64,000 bases of DNA from a virus, in IMG/VR virus record IMGVR_UViG_3300006793_000023, positions 7,621 through 71,620 of that record; one strand, 5' to 3'. Made by a program: the position numbers and the translations under genes. This document shows positions 29,977 through 39,347 of the stretch, in pieces (the stretch's first letter is position 1; each line of letters begins with the position of its first letter). The notes beneath the pieces were generated by a model, which was not told the DNA's origin, ran no database searches, and was given only the letters and a program-made list of their open reading frames with translations.

Positions 29977-30147
29977 ATGAGTGCAAAACAAGATTTATTT
30001 GAACAGATAGCTGAGCAATTTACAATCCTTCAAGAGAATAACGAAGGTTCGACAAAAACTTCTCAAGCTAGAGCTAGAAAAGCAGCCGGAGAGATTAAGA
30101 AATTAATTACTCCTTATAAGAAGGCTAATATGGCAGAGGTTAAGTAA
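29977..30147 (+). CDS. histone H1-like Hc1-family small DNA-binding protein
   Basis: MSAKQDLF...K....RARKA..EIKKL...YKK matches the Hc1 pattern; in-frame internal ATG of ORF 29848..30147. Confidence 0.55.
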   Translation: MSAKQDLFEQIAEQFTILQENNEGSTKTSQARARKAAGEIKKLITPYKKANMAEVK

Positions 30148-30155
30148 GTGAGTTA

Positions 30156-30193
30156 GGAGGGGGCGTTTTTCTCTTCTTGCCACGCGCGAATTT
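30156..30193 (+). ncRNA. GC-rich pseudoknot-like motif, copy 1
   Basis: GGAGGGGGCGTTTTTCTCTTCTTGCCACGCGC; related copy at 61925-61974. Confidence 0.45.
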
Positions 30194-30198
30194 ATAAG

Positions 30199-30224
30199 AC
30201 CCTTCCTTAACCGGAGGGGTTTTT
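30199..30224. terminator. intrinsic terminator between convergent genes
   Basis: ACCCTTCC-TTAACC-GGAGGGGT followed by TTTT. Confidence 0.7.
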
Positions 30225-30225
30225 A

Positions 30226-30585
30226 TTAAAATTTAAATCTTATTAACTTCCCCTTCTTTTTACCTTTTCTCGATATAAGGTCTAAAGTAACGCCAATCGA
30301 TATACCTCCATACGTTGTAGCAAGAAGATCTCTTGTATCAAAGTAGTTACCTTTTTGCCTGCTATCAATAGTTTCTTTAATAGTTCCAAACAAAACAGCA
30401 GTAGCTACACTAGCCAGAAAAGCTTTACGGTTATCTTCTGTTTTATCTAATACGTAAGCGTAAGTGAAGCTCCCAAAAAAAGCACCAGCTAAAAAATGCT
30501 CTTGCTTATCAGGTTCAGATAATAATTGCGCGTTACTTGGTACAATAGTAAACAAAAATAAAGGAATAAGGAATAGTAGTTTCAT
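30226..30585 (-). CDS. YfiM/VanZ-like membrane or exported protein
   Basis: Signal peptide ending NA-Q, DK..HF.AG, KE..D and DL.AT..G motifs; the only credible minus-strand gene, with its own ATATTTATA motif upstream. Confidence 0.7.
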   Translation of the reverse strand: MKLLFLIPLFLFTIVPSNAQLLSEPDKQEHFLAGAFFGSFTYAYVLDKTEDNRKAFLASVATAVLFGTIKETIDSRQKGNYFDTRDLLATTYGGISIGVTLDLISRKGKKKGKLIRFKF

Positions 30586-30678
30586 TGTAAGTATTTTTGT
30601 ATAAATATAGATTAAATTTGTTTGTATTAATTAATTTTCGTATATTTATTTATATGATGAAAGATTTTGAATTCTTTA

Positions 30679-30822
30679 ATGATGAATGGAACGAAACCTG
30701 TATTGAAAAAAGTAACTCTATCGTATCAGGAATGGAGGGAGTCATTGAAAATTCCACAACCGCAGAAGAATAAAAAAAAGTATACGCGTAAATTTAAACA
30801 CAAAAATAAAAGTTATGAGTGA
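30679..30822 (+). CDS. small basic protein with an ArfA-like KNKKKYTRKFKH motif
   Basis: 47-aa ORF below the track length cut-off; its stop overlaps the next start. Confidence 0.4.
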   Translation: MMNGTKPVLKKVTLSYQEWRESLKIPQPQKNKKKYTRKFKHKNKSYE

Positions 30823-31114
30823 TTCTATTAAAAAGTATTATGAACTAGTTGAAGAAGGAGCTTTTGAAAAAGAAGTTATATTAGAAGAAAGGCCTTATAT
30901 TTACGAATCTCCGGACGGAGGTAAAACTGTCTATAAAAGATTGATAGGAGAAAATCCTGCTGAACGTGAATTAGTAGATAATGAATCTGAAATATACACC
31001 TTGGAGTGGTTAGAGACTTACGCAAACCTTGCGCGACAGTATAAAGATGCATCACCTTCTCTTCTCAAAGAAATAACTAACGACGAAATTTCTGTTAAAA
31101 AAGTTTGCGATTAA
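30815..31114 (+). CDS. hypothetical phage protein
   Basis: IYESPDGGKTVYKR segment. Confidence 0.55.
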   Translation: MSDSIKKYYELVEEGAFEKEVILEERPYIYESPDGGKTVYKRLIGENPAERELVDNESEIYTLEWLETYANLARQYKDASPSLLKEITNDEISVKKVCD

Positions 31115-31139
31115 ATCTTTTATTCGTATATTACCGTAT

Positions 31140-31637
31140 ATGAAAGTAACTTTACCTTATAATCCTCTACATTCAGAAGAATGGTTAGATAAGTATTTTA
31201 AAAAAAACTACTATAAGAGACCTTATAATAGATTTCATTGGTGGAGGAGTTATGTCGATAAAAATAAACCTTTATCGGATAGAAGTCCTTTGAGAGATAG
31301 AATTCTTAATGGTGATTTTGATTTCGGTCCATATAAATTTGAAGCAGAAGTTGTAGAACATAGGCTCAATGAAAAGTATAAAGAGCATTTTGAAGATTTA
31401 GGAAGGTACGTAGAAGAGACTTCTTTAGATAGAGCTCGAAGAAAAAGGCTACTTGAAGATTATGAAGCAGATGAAAATAGGAAATTAGAATCTCTAGCAA
31501 AATCATTCAGTGAACTTATTGGAATAACAAAAGATAAAGTATTTGATGAATTAGTTGAATACAGTGATACGTTAATAGAATTTTACTATCACATTACAGA
31601 AAAATACCCTCGAAAGAATGGTATTGCATATTTATAA
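31140..31637 (+). CDS. hypothetical protein
   Basis: 165-aa ORF directly after a sigma70-type promoter. Confidence 0.6.
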   Translation: MKVTLPYNPLHSEEWLDKYFKKNYYKRPYNRFHWWRSYVDKNKPLSDRSPLRDRILNGDFDFGPYKFEAEVVEHRLNEKYKEHFEDLGRYVEETSLDRARRKRLLEDYEADENRKLESLAKSFSELIGITKDKVFDELVEYSDTLIEFYYHITEKYPRKNGIAYL

Positions 31638-31662
31638 TTAAATAATAACTTAAAAAACAGAC

Positions 31663-32007
31663 ATGAACACTATTTTAATTATTTTAGGACTCTTAGTTGT
31701 AGCAGCAGGAGTTTATTATTTCGGTTTTTATACCAAAGGAAAAATTAACGACCGAGACGGAGATTATATCCCAGATGAAGTAGAGGATACTATCGAAGAT
31801 GTAAAAGAGAAAGTTGAAGACATCCAAGAAGATGTTGAAGAAACTGTAAAAGAAGTAAAGCGTAGAGCTAAGCGAGTAAAACAAGAAGTTAAAGACGTAG
31901 TCGTAGCTGCAAAAGAAGTAGTTGATCAAGCTGGAGATGTTGCAGCAGCTGCTAAAGGTAAGCCAAGACGTGGTCGCAAACCAAGAAGAAGTAGTAAGAA
32001 AAAATAA
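31663..32007 (+). CDS. membrane-anchored protein with DxDGD motif and basic tail
   Basis: N-terminal TM, DRDGDYIPD, helical repeats, Arg/Lys-rich tail. Confidence 0.6.
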   Translation: MNTILIILGLLVVAAGVYYFGFYTKGKINDRDGDYIPDEVEDTIEDVKEKVEDIQEDVEETVKEVKRRAKRVKQEVKDVVVAAKEVVDQAGDVAAAAKGKPRRGRKPRRSSKKK

Positions 32008-32231
32008 TGCAGCAACCACAAATTAATTTTGATATATCTCAAACTCAAGGAGTAGTTTGTGAAGAATGTAACCACGTTCATTTTCAACAAGTACTAGTTA
32101 TAAGAAAAGCTTCAGGTTTGCTTACTGGAACAGGAAAACCTACTTATGTGCCAATTCCAGTCTTTGCTTGTAATAAATGTGGGCATGTTAATTCTGAGTT
32201 TTTACCTAAGGAGGTTAAGGATTTAGATTAA
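32007..32231 (+). CDS. small zinc-ribbon protein
   Basis: CEEC...CNKCGH. Confidence 0.65.
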   Translation: MQQPQINFDISQTQGVVCEECNHVHFQQVLVIRKASGLLTGTGKPTYVPIPVFACNKCGHVNSEFLPKEVKDLD

Positions 32232-32258
32232 CACATATTATTTTTATACACATAAGTA

Positions 32259-32284
32259 AGGAGGCAATTAGCCTCCTGCTTTTT
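32259..32284 (+). terminator. intrinsic terminator
   Basis: AGGAGGC-AATTA-GCCTCCT followed by GCTTTTT. Confidence 0.65.
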
Positions 32285-32356
32285 GTCCCTATTTATAATA
32301 AGGAATTCCTTAAATCCGACGGATAGTTATATATTGTTTAACTAATACATTTAATT

Positions 32357-32593
32357 ATGGATTTATTGAAGAAAATAGGTTCTTGGGCTGACGCCCTTAC
32401 GCAAATTGGAATAAGCTTAATTGCTTTTGGAGTAGTACTTGAAGTACTATTTGGAGGAGTAGAAATTCCATTCTTACCAAATATCTCAGTAGTAGGAAAT
32501 ATCATGGAGATATTAGGTTCGCTAAGTGCGGAAGGCTTATTAGGACTTGTAGGTGCATTTATACTGTACCACATTCTTAAGAAGAAAGGTTAA
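32357..32593 (+). CDS. small two-TM membrane protein
   Basis: Two hydrophobic helices; forms its own unit with an upstream CTATTTATA and a downstream terminator. Confidence 0.65.
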   Translation: MDLLKKIGSWADALTQIGISLIAFGVVLEVLFGGVEIPFLPNISVVGNIMEILGSLSAEGLLGLVGAFILYHILKKKG

Positions 32594-32610
32594 TTTAATC
32601 AGTAATATAG

Positions 32611-32632
32611 AGAGGGCGAAAGCCCTCTTTTT
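32611..32632 (+). terminator. intrinsic terminator
   Basis: AGAGGGC-GAAA-GCCCTCT-TTTT with a GNRA loop. Confidence 0.85.
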
Positions 32633-32656
32633 ATTTTTTAACTTAATACTTATAGT

Positions 32657-32842
32657 ATGGAATCAATTAAAATTAATAAAGAGGCATTAGCAATATTTAA
32701 AGAAATACATTCAATAAAAAAACCTAAGGAAATTAACCCACTACTTAATAAGGCAGTGAAAATAATAGAAGAACAATTATTTAGTTTAGAAATAAGATTG
32801 ACTCAATTAAAAGAAGAAAATAAAAGATTAGGTAGGCTGTAA
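32657..32842 (+). CDS. hypothetical coiled-coil protein
   Basis: 61-aa ORF. Confidence 0.4.
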   Translation: MESIKINKEALAIFKEIHSIKKPKEINPLLNKAVKIIEEQLFSLEIRLTQLKEENKRLGRL

Positions 32843-32920
32843 AACTTATAATAAGAAATGCAGTTTACACACTATTTATATTTAAACAAAAGTTTAGTTT
32901 ACAAAAAAATTAAGAATAAC

Positions 32921-35900
32921 ATGAAAAAATTATTACTTTGGTTATGCTTTATGCTTCCTTTTTTGAACATAGCCCAAGAAACAGCACCCGTAACCTTTAG
33001 ATTCGATGTTAATTCCATAATCGAAAGTATCCCCAACCCAGAACAAGCCAATGTGTATATCCAAACCAGTGTTACTGGATGGAGTGATATACCAATGGAA
33101 GATGTTGGAGGTAATGGGATTTACAGAAAAAATATTAATATAGGTCACCCAACAGATGAAAATGTAGAGGTATTTTATAGATTTAAGATAACATCTTTTG
33201 GTAATAATGGACTACCCTGGACACCATGGGAAGGAGGAAATAACTCTAATTTAGGAGACTGTGCTTTTCCCGCAGTTAGTATCGGCCTTTCAGGGGGAAT
33301 GGTAAGAGATGTAATAGTACCACAAGAATTAATAGATAACGGTACTTACGTAAATCCTTCAGGAGAATATAAATTAACTCATTGTTTTAATGTATGTGGT
33401 AATGAACCTTGTCCACCAGAACCTTGTGTGGACGGTTTAATATCATCAAATGCTTATCAACAATGTGTAGAGAATACTCAAGCTTTAATAGTTTTTGAAT
33501 GGGAGACAGAATGTCAAGTAGAGTCTGTATCCTACTCTAATGTAGAAGGAGCAGGACCTTTTATTTATACTGTTAATCCTGATGCAACTAACTTTGGAGT
33601 TTATGCTGGTAATGGACAGATGCCCCCTAATTGGAGTGTAGAACATCAGTTAGTTGTTAACTTTGCAGATGGTACATCATCTGATCCTATTTTATATACC
33701 CCAACCCCTTGTATACCAGGCTGTACAGATCCTAATTCAGATGCTTATAACCCATGGGCAACAGTAGACGATGGTTCTTGTTCTGGAACAAATTGCGACC
33801 CAGATACTGAACACCAAATAACAATGCAGATTACATTAGATGACTGGCCTAATGAAACTTCATGGACAATGAATAGTGGAGGTATTATAGGAGCAGTTAC
33901 AAATGGAACATATAATTTTAATGATATAGGAAAAACATTTACCTATAATTTCTGTATAGATAAAAATGTAGGATTTGAATTTATTATTAACGATACTTAC
34001 GGAGACGGTATAGCAGGTTCTACCTCAGGTGGAACTATAGATGGCTCAGTAAAAATATATGACTGTAATGGCGATATTATTTGGGAACTACCAGATCCTA
34101 ATTTTGGAGAAGTAGCTTATTCAGGTCAACAGTTTGGAGTTGACTGTGAAGGTACAGAAGAAATTTATGGTTGTACAGATCCAGCTTATCAGTCATATAA
34201 TCCAGATGCTACTATAGATGATGGTTCTTGTTCTGAATTACATATAGTAGGATGTATGGATGAGGATTCAATTAACTACAATCCAGATGCTACAAAACAA
34301 GAATTAGTTCCTGTTTGTGAATATAACTTAGTAGTAAGAGATGCAGCATCAGATGGATGGGGGAATTCTTTTATAGGAGTTGCTCAAGGAGGAGTTAGTT
34401 TAGGAACTTATACTTTAGGGCCTGGAATAGAAGAACAGATTTGGCCACTAAGCTTAAATTCAGATGAAGAAGTAGTAGTATATTACTTCGAAGTAGGTAA
34501 TCCTCAAACTACCCCAGAAGAATTAAATTTCCAAACTTTACAAAATTCATTCCTTATAGTAGATTCAGATGAACAAGTACTACTAGATGGTGGTACTAAT
34601 CCATTCGAAAATAACGGTCAAGGAGCATTACAAAACTTTGAAGCACCATTCTTTGAAAACTATTCAGCTTTACCATTCTGCGGTACAGTTTGTATTCCAA
34701 TAGTAGAAGGGTGTATGGATGAAACTTCGTTAAATTACAACCCTGAAGCTAATGTAGATGATGGTAGCTGTATTCCTTATATTGAAGGATGTATGAACCC
34801 ATTAGCATTTAACTACAACCCAGATGCTACAGTAGATGATGGTTCTTGTGTTGAAGTAATTGTAGGATGTATGGACCCAGATTCATTTAACTACAACCCA
34901 GAAGCTAACACCCCAGGTGACTGTATTCCAGTTATAGAAGGATGTATGGATCCAACATCATTTAACTATAATGAAAACGCAAATGTAGATGATGGTTCAT
35001 GTATACCTGTAATAGAAGGGTGTATGGATGTAAATTCAATTAATTATAATCCTGATGCTAATACTGATGATGGAAGTTGTATTCCAATTGTAGAAGGTTG
35101 TACAGATCCTGACTCATTTAACTACAATCCAGATGCTAATGTAGATGATGGTTCTTGTATACCTGTAGTCTTCGGATGTACAGATCCAGATGCATTTAAC
35201 TACAATCCAGATGCTAATACAGATAATGGAACTTGTGAACCAGTAGTCTTTGGATGTACAGATCCAGATGCATTTAACTACAATCCAAATGCTAATACAG
35301 ATAACGGTACATGCATTCCGGTAATACTTGGATGTACTGACAATACAGCATTTAACTACAATCCAGATGCTAATACAGATGATGGTTCTTGTATACCTAT
35401 TTTAGCAGGCTGTACAGATCCAGATGCATTTAATTATAATCCATTAGCAAATACTGACGATGGTTCTTGTGTTCCTGTAATTTTAGGATGTACAGATAAT
35501 ACAGCATTAAACTATAATCCAGACGCTAACGTAGATGATGGAAGCTGTGTTCCTATTCTATACGGATGTATGGACCCAGATTCATTTAACTATAATCCAC
35601 TTGCAACTGTAGACGATGGTAGCTGTATTCCTATAGTAACAGGTTGTACAGACCCAGATGCATTAAATTATAATCCTGATGCTAACACAGAAGATTTTAG
35701 TTGTATAGAAAAAGTTTACGGATGTATGGATCCTAACTCGATAAATTATGATCCTGAAGCTAATATAGATAACGGTAGTTGTATAACAGCTGTCGTAGGA
35801 TGTATGGATCCAGAATCATATAATTTTAATCCAGAAGCTAACGTTTCAGATCCGGATGCTTGTTTATATGATGCAGGTTGTATAGACGGTCCTGGTAATC

Positions 35901-36283
35901 CATACTGGTTAAATAATAACTGTTATGCTTGGGTAATTGATGTCGATCAGTATTGCTGTGATAATGAATTTGACTCTATATGTCAAGACATGTATAACTA
36001 TTGTGAAAATGGATTTCCTGAAGGATTTGATCTAAATTCAATACAGTCGTTATTTTCTAGATTTACTTCTATAGTTGTTTACCCTAATCCATCTAAAGGA
36101 GTATTGAATATAACATCTGACATCGAAGGAATAACTTATGAAGTAAGAGATATACTAGGTAAGCTTATCATACCAGAGACACTAGGATCTGAAGTAGACC
36201 TATCAGCTGCAAAATCAGGAGTGTATTTTCTTCAGATAAAAAATGGTACACAAACTTATAATAAAAGAATAATTATAGAATAA
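32921..36283 (+). CDS. large secreted Cys/Asp-repeat protein with T9SS type A C-terminal sorting domain
   Basis: Signal peptide MKKLLLWLCFMLPFLNIA-Q, about 18 GC[TM]D..A.NYNP.A..DDGSC repeats, C-terminal VYPNPS...DLS...SGVYFL.I......KRIIIE. Confidence 0.85.
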   Translation: MKKLLLWLCFMLPFLNIAQETAPVTFRFDVNSIIESIPNPEQANVYIQTSVTGWSDIPMEDVGGNGIYRKNINIGHPTDENVEVFYRFKITSFGNNGLPWTPWEGGNNSNLGDCAFPAVSIGLSGGMVRDVIVPQELIDNGTYVNPSGEYKLTHCFNVCGNEPCPPEPCVDGLISSNAYQQCVENTQALIVFEWETECQVESVSYSNVEGAGPFIYTVNPDATNFGVYAGNGQMPPNWSVEHQLVVNFADGTSSDPILYTPTPCIPGCTDPNSDAYNPWATVDDGSCSGTNCDPDTEHQITMQITLDDWPNETSWTMNSGGIIGAVTNGTYNFNDIGKTFTYNFCIDKNVGFEFIINDTYGDGIAGSTSGGTIDGSVKIYDCNGDIIWELPDPNFGEVAYSGQQFGVDCEGTEEIYGCTDPAYQSYNPDATIDDGSCSELHIVGCMDEDSINYNPDATKQELVPVCEYNLVVRDAASDGWGNSFIGVAQGGVSLGTYTLGPGIEEQIWPLSLNSDEEVVVYYFEVGNPQTTPEELNFQTLQNSFLIVDSDEQVLLDGGTNPFENNGQGALQNFEAPFFENYSALPFCGTVCIPIVEGCMDETSLNYNPEANVDDGSCIPYIEGCMNPLAFNYNPDATVDDGSCVEVIVGCMDPDSFNYNPEANTPGDCIPVIEGCMDPTSFNYNENANVDDGSCIPVIEGCMDVNSINYNPDANTDDGSCIPIVEGCTDPDSFNYNPDANVDDGSCIPVVFGCTDPDAFNYNPDANTDNGTCEPVVFGCTDPDAFNYNPNANTDNGTCIPVILGCTDNTAFNYNPDANTDDGSCIPILAGCTDPDAFNYNPLANTDDGSCVPVILGCTDNTALNYNPDANVDDGSCVPILYGCMDPDSFNYNPLATVDDGSCIPIVTGCTDPDALNYNPDANTEDFSCIEKVYGCMDPNSINYDPEANIDNGSCITAVVGCMDPESYNFNPEANVSDPDACLYDAGCIDGPGNPYWLNNNCYAWVIDVDQYCCDNEFDSICQDMYNYCENGFPEGFDLNSIQSLFSRFTSIVVYPNPSKGVLNITSDIEGITYEVRDILGKLIIPETLGSEVDLSAAKSGVYFLQIKNGTQTYNKRIIIE
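34690..35865 (+). repeat. about 15 tandem ~78-bp (26-aa) coding repeats
   Basis: Recurring GGATGTA(C/T)(A/G)GA...AA(C/T)TA(C/T)AATCC units inside the ORF. Confidence 0.85.
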
Positions 36284-36284
36284 A

Positions 36285-37352
36285 ATGAGAAAATTATTAA
36301 TATTACTTTTAGTAATCCCGTTTTTAGGTTTTAGTCAAAACTCTGAATCTAAATTTAAGAAAGAATTAAAGAAAACCCTTAAATTTTCAACTATATTTGC
36401 TGCAATTAATGGAGGTACTTCATTAGCAGATAAAAATACCTACTCAGTAAATACAGGTACTTTAATACCAGGGGTAATTGAAACACCATTTGATTATTCT
36501 CTATCTCTAGGTATTAGAAAAATAGCTAGATTTCAATATGAAAATAGAGAAAATGTATTTTATAACGGTACAGAAGAATCTTATTCAGATAATGCTACGT
36601 TAGGTAGGATAAAAGGATTTGAATTCTTATTCGAAGCTGATTACAGAAGAATTCAAGGTATTAAATATTTAGATCAACATCATTTCTTGAGATATGTAGC
36701 CGACGATTGGGTTGCTAAAGTAGAGTACTTAGTAGGAGGTTTTATTGATATAGAATATTTTCAAGCTTCTCAAAGATATAAGAAGAACATTACTAAAGAG
36801 TTTTCTGTTAACGTAGGAGCAGCACAAAGGTTAGCTCAACCTTACGGATATGATCCTCTACAAGAGTGGATGTTAAGTAATGGTAATTTACATTATACAT
36901 GGCTTGCTATTCAAGAAGGATATGAAGTTCAATTTGATGGAACAGGAGGAGAAACCTATTTAGACCCTTCAGGTAATGTTGTAGCAACAAGTACTGAAGT
37001 ATGGGAGGAAGTAGTTATTCCTCAAGTATTAGTTAACTATGTAGATAAGAAAACAGATGCTGCTCCATTGAGATTAGAGTACTCTTTAATATTTGGATTT
37101 GATTATTATAAGTATACGAAGAACTTTTGGCTTCATGCTTGGGGGAATGTAATGCCTTATCATATACAGACAGGTGATCAATTTTCTTTTCATAACTATA
37201 ATGGAGGACAGTGGATAGACTACTCAGGCGGTTTAATATTCGGCTATAAATTAACAAAATCTTTAGGATTGTTTGCTGAAGGAACGTATAATCAATATTG
37301 GAATAGAAACTGGCATAATTTTTCAATGGGTGTAAATTATATTATATTTTAA
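36285..37352 (+). CDS. outer-membrane beta-barrel-like exported protein
   Basis: Signal peptide ending FS-Q, aromatic alternating strands, C-terminal MGVNYIIF ending in Phe. Confidence 0.6.
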   Translation: MRKLLILLLVIPFLGFSQNSESKFKKELKKTLKFSTIFAAINGGTSLADKNTYSVNTGTLIPGVIETPFDYSLSLGIRKIARFQYENRENVFYNGTEESYSDNATLGRIKGFEFLFEADYRRIQGIKYLDQHHFLRYVADDWVAKVEYLVGGFIDIEYFQASQRYKKNITKEFSVNVGAAQRLAQPYGYDPLQEWMLSNGNLHYTWLAIQEGYEVQFDGTGGETYLDPSGNVVATSTEVWEEVVIPQVLVNYVDKKTDAAPLRLEYSLIFGFDYYKYTKNFWLHAWGNVMPYHIQTGDQFSFHNYNGGQWIDYSGGLIFGYKLTKSLGLFAEGTYNQYWNRNWHNFSMGVNYIIF

Positions 37353-37355
37353 AAA

Positions 37356-37640
37356 ATGGCAAAAGAATTAAGCGAAAATACTAGTTTTCAAATAAGCATA
37401 CAAACATTAATAGGTATTGCATTCGGTATAGCTACAGTAGTAGGTATGTGGTTTGCTCTTCAAGCAGATATAGAAGAAGCAAAAGAGCTGCCAGTTGCTC
37501 CACCACCAGATGTTACAAGGATGGAATATGATATGAAAGATCAATTGATTCGTCAAACAATTATGTCCACGCAAGAAGATGTGCAGGAGTTGAAAGAAGA
37601 CATGAAACGTATTGAAGATAAGATTGATAAATTAAGATAA
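37356..37640 (+). CDS. single-TM coiled-coil protein
   Basis: TM segment followed by a heptad-like C-terminus. Confidence 0.6.
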   Translation: MAKELSENTSFQISIQTLIGIAFGIATVVGMWFALQADIEEAKELPVAPPPDVTRMEYDMKDQLIRQTIMSTQEDVQELKEDMKRIEDKIDKLR

Positions 37641-37646
37641 TTTATT

Positions 37647-37976
37647 ATGAAAAAATTTATACTCGGTAGTTTACTTTTACTAACCTCACATTTAATGTTT
37701 GGTCAAGTAGGAGTAAAATACTTTAATGCAGGATGGAATAAAGCAAACGACATAGAATGGGTAAGTAAATTATCTGACTGTGAATTAGAAAGATTTGATA
37801 TAGGAGCTGACCCATCTCTTGCAGCAAAATATAAAGTAGTAGTAGTACCTACTGTAATTATTTTTCAAGATGGAGAAGAAGCAGAAAGATTTCAAGCAGA
37901 CATTAGTTTTAAAATGGCTGCTACTAAAGAAGATGTACAAGATTATATTGATGAACTTATAATGAGTGCATTTTAA
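37647..37976 (+). CDS. exported thioredoxin-fold protein lacking CXXC
   Basis: Signal peptide ending before Q; FNAGWN and LAAKYKV..VPT.IIF.DG.E..R motifs. Confidence 0.6.
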   Translation: MKKFILGSLLLLTSHLMFGQVGVKYFNAGWNKANDIEWVSKLSDCELERFDIGADPSLAAKYKVVVVPTVIIFQDGEEAERFQADISFKMAATKEDVQDYIDELIMSAF

Positions 37977-38018
37977 TATAGTTATAAAAAAATAAGTTAC
38001 TAATTAATACGTTATATT

Positions 38019-38273
38019 ATGATAAACTATTTAAAACGTAAATGGATGGCATTTAAAAATTTATTTGATGATGATAATAACATCAACGAAAAATCCGTAG
38101 TAGGGTTTTTAGCATTTACCGTAATGGTAATATTTGCTGTAGCAGACTTAGTAACTGGGTATATTGGAAAAGATTTAGTTATCAATGAATTTATATATGA
38201 TTCTTTCGTATGGATTGTATTAGGAGCATTTGGAATTGCAGAAGTAGGTAAGATATTTGGAAAAAAAGAATAA
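38019..38273 (+). CDS. holin-like two-TM protein
   Basis: Two TMs and a basic C-terminus, upstream of an endolysin-like gene. Confidence 0.5.
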   Translation: MINYLKRKWMAFKNLFDDDNNINEKSVVGFLAFTVMVIFAVADLVTGYIGKDLVINEFIYDSFVWIVLGAFGIAEVGKIFGKKE

Positions 38274-38274
38274 A

Positions 38275-38454
38275 ATGAAAAAGAAGATCACAGTACTAGC
38301 TTTAGCAAGTGTACTTACATTTAGCTGCGGAGCTTCTAAACCTTCTTGGGAAAGAAAAGATAGAACTGAAGTAAATAAAAACGACCACGCAATAATGGGA
38401 GTACTCCTCTCAGGATTAATTTTATTTTCTTTACATACTTTTACAACCAGGTAG
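38275..38454 (+). CDS. small lipoprotein
   Basis: MKKKITVLALASVLTFS-C lipobox-like signal. Confidence 0.45.
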   Translation: MKKKITVLALASVLTFSCGASKPSWERKDRTEVNKNDHAIMGVLLSGLILFSLHTFTTR

Positions 38455-38461
38455 AATAAAT

Positions 38462-38698
38462 ATGGCAGACACAGTAGCTTGTATGATTGCAATAAACGAC
38501 GTTAAGTCTTCAGTTCAAGGTAACGACCCAAGAACTTGGATGAAAGCATGTGCAATAGAAACTTTACTGAAAGGTAAAAGCGGTAAGCACTTTAAAAATT
38601 GCTTAATAGGTAAAATAGAATCTACAAAAGAGCATATCGAAAACCCAGAAGGATATGCAGAAGAATTGTTTAATAAGATAAAAAATAAATGTAGTTAA
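38462..38698 (+). CDS. hypothetical protein
   Basis: 78-aa ORF in the operon. Confidence 0.5.
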   Translation: MADTVACMIAINDVKSSVQGNDPRTWMKACAIETLLKGKSGKHFKNCLIGKIESTKEHIENPEGYAEELFNKIKNKCS

Positions 38699-38700
38699 TT

Positions 38701-39309
38701 ATGAGTTGTTATACTAGAGAAGAGATAGAAGAAGTAATGAAAGCTAAAGGCTATAAATACTTTACAGGAGGAGACTATGATGTTAATATAGTAGGAGTTA
38801 GAAATTCAGGTACTAAAGGAAGAGTTACAAATGCCTTTGATGACTGTATTACCGTATCATATAAAGTAGAAGGGGAATGGAAATTCCATTGCTTTAAAGC
38901 TACAACTGATCCCGGTTCTCACTGGGAGCAAAACCTTTTAAACGAAAAAGGAGTAGCAATTCTTAAACCAGGTCAGTATAGAGGTTCTCATAAGCTCAGG
39001 CTACATCAAGGGAAGTACTTAGCTTTAGGACAAAAATCCCCAGTTAAAGTATACAGAGATAATAATAGAGATGGTAAATACGACCTCTTAGAAGAGAATG
39101 TTGATGAAGGAATTTTTGGAATTAACATTCATAGAGCTACAGGACGTTCTGGAGGTAAATCCATAAGAGTAGATAAATGGTCAGCTGGATGTCAAGTTAT
39201 TGCTTCTAATGATGATTGGCATGAATTTTTAGATATATGTCAAACTGCAAGAGAAATTTGGGGTAATTCATTTACATATACGCTTATAGAAAGCAAAGAT
39301 ATTTCATAA
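38701..39309 (+). CDS. putative endolysin, YkuD/L,D-transpeptidase-like
   Basis: NIVGVRN, TTDPG and GINIHRA...WSAGCQV motifs; lies between holin-like and spanin-like genes. Confidence 0.65.
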   Translation: MSCYTREEIEEVMKAKGYKYFTGGDYDVNIVGVRNSGTKGRVTNAFDDCITVSYKVEGEWKFHCFKATTDPGSHWEQNLLNEKGVAILKPGQYRGSHKLRLHQGKYLALGQKSPVKVYRDNNRDGKYDLLEENVDEGIFGINIHRATGRSGGKSIRVDKWSAGCQVIASNDDWHEFLDICQTAREIWGNSFTYTLIESKDIS

Positions 39310-39347
39310 GAGTTGCTTTTTTAAAGTATTTTTCTTAAATTATAGTT

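Noticed and set aside
34690-35865. Regular ~78-bp repeats resembling a CRISPR array
   Set aside because: They are in-frame, codon-degenerate repeats of a protein motif inside a long ORF, with no unique spacers.
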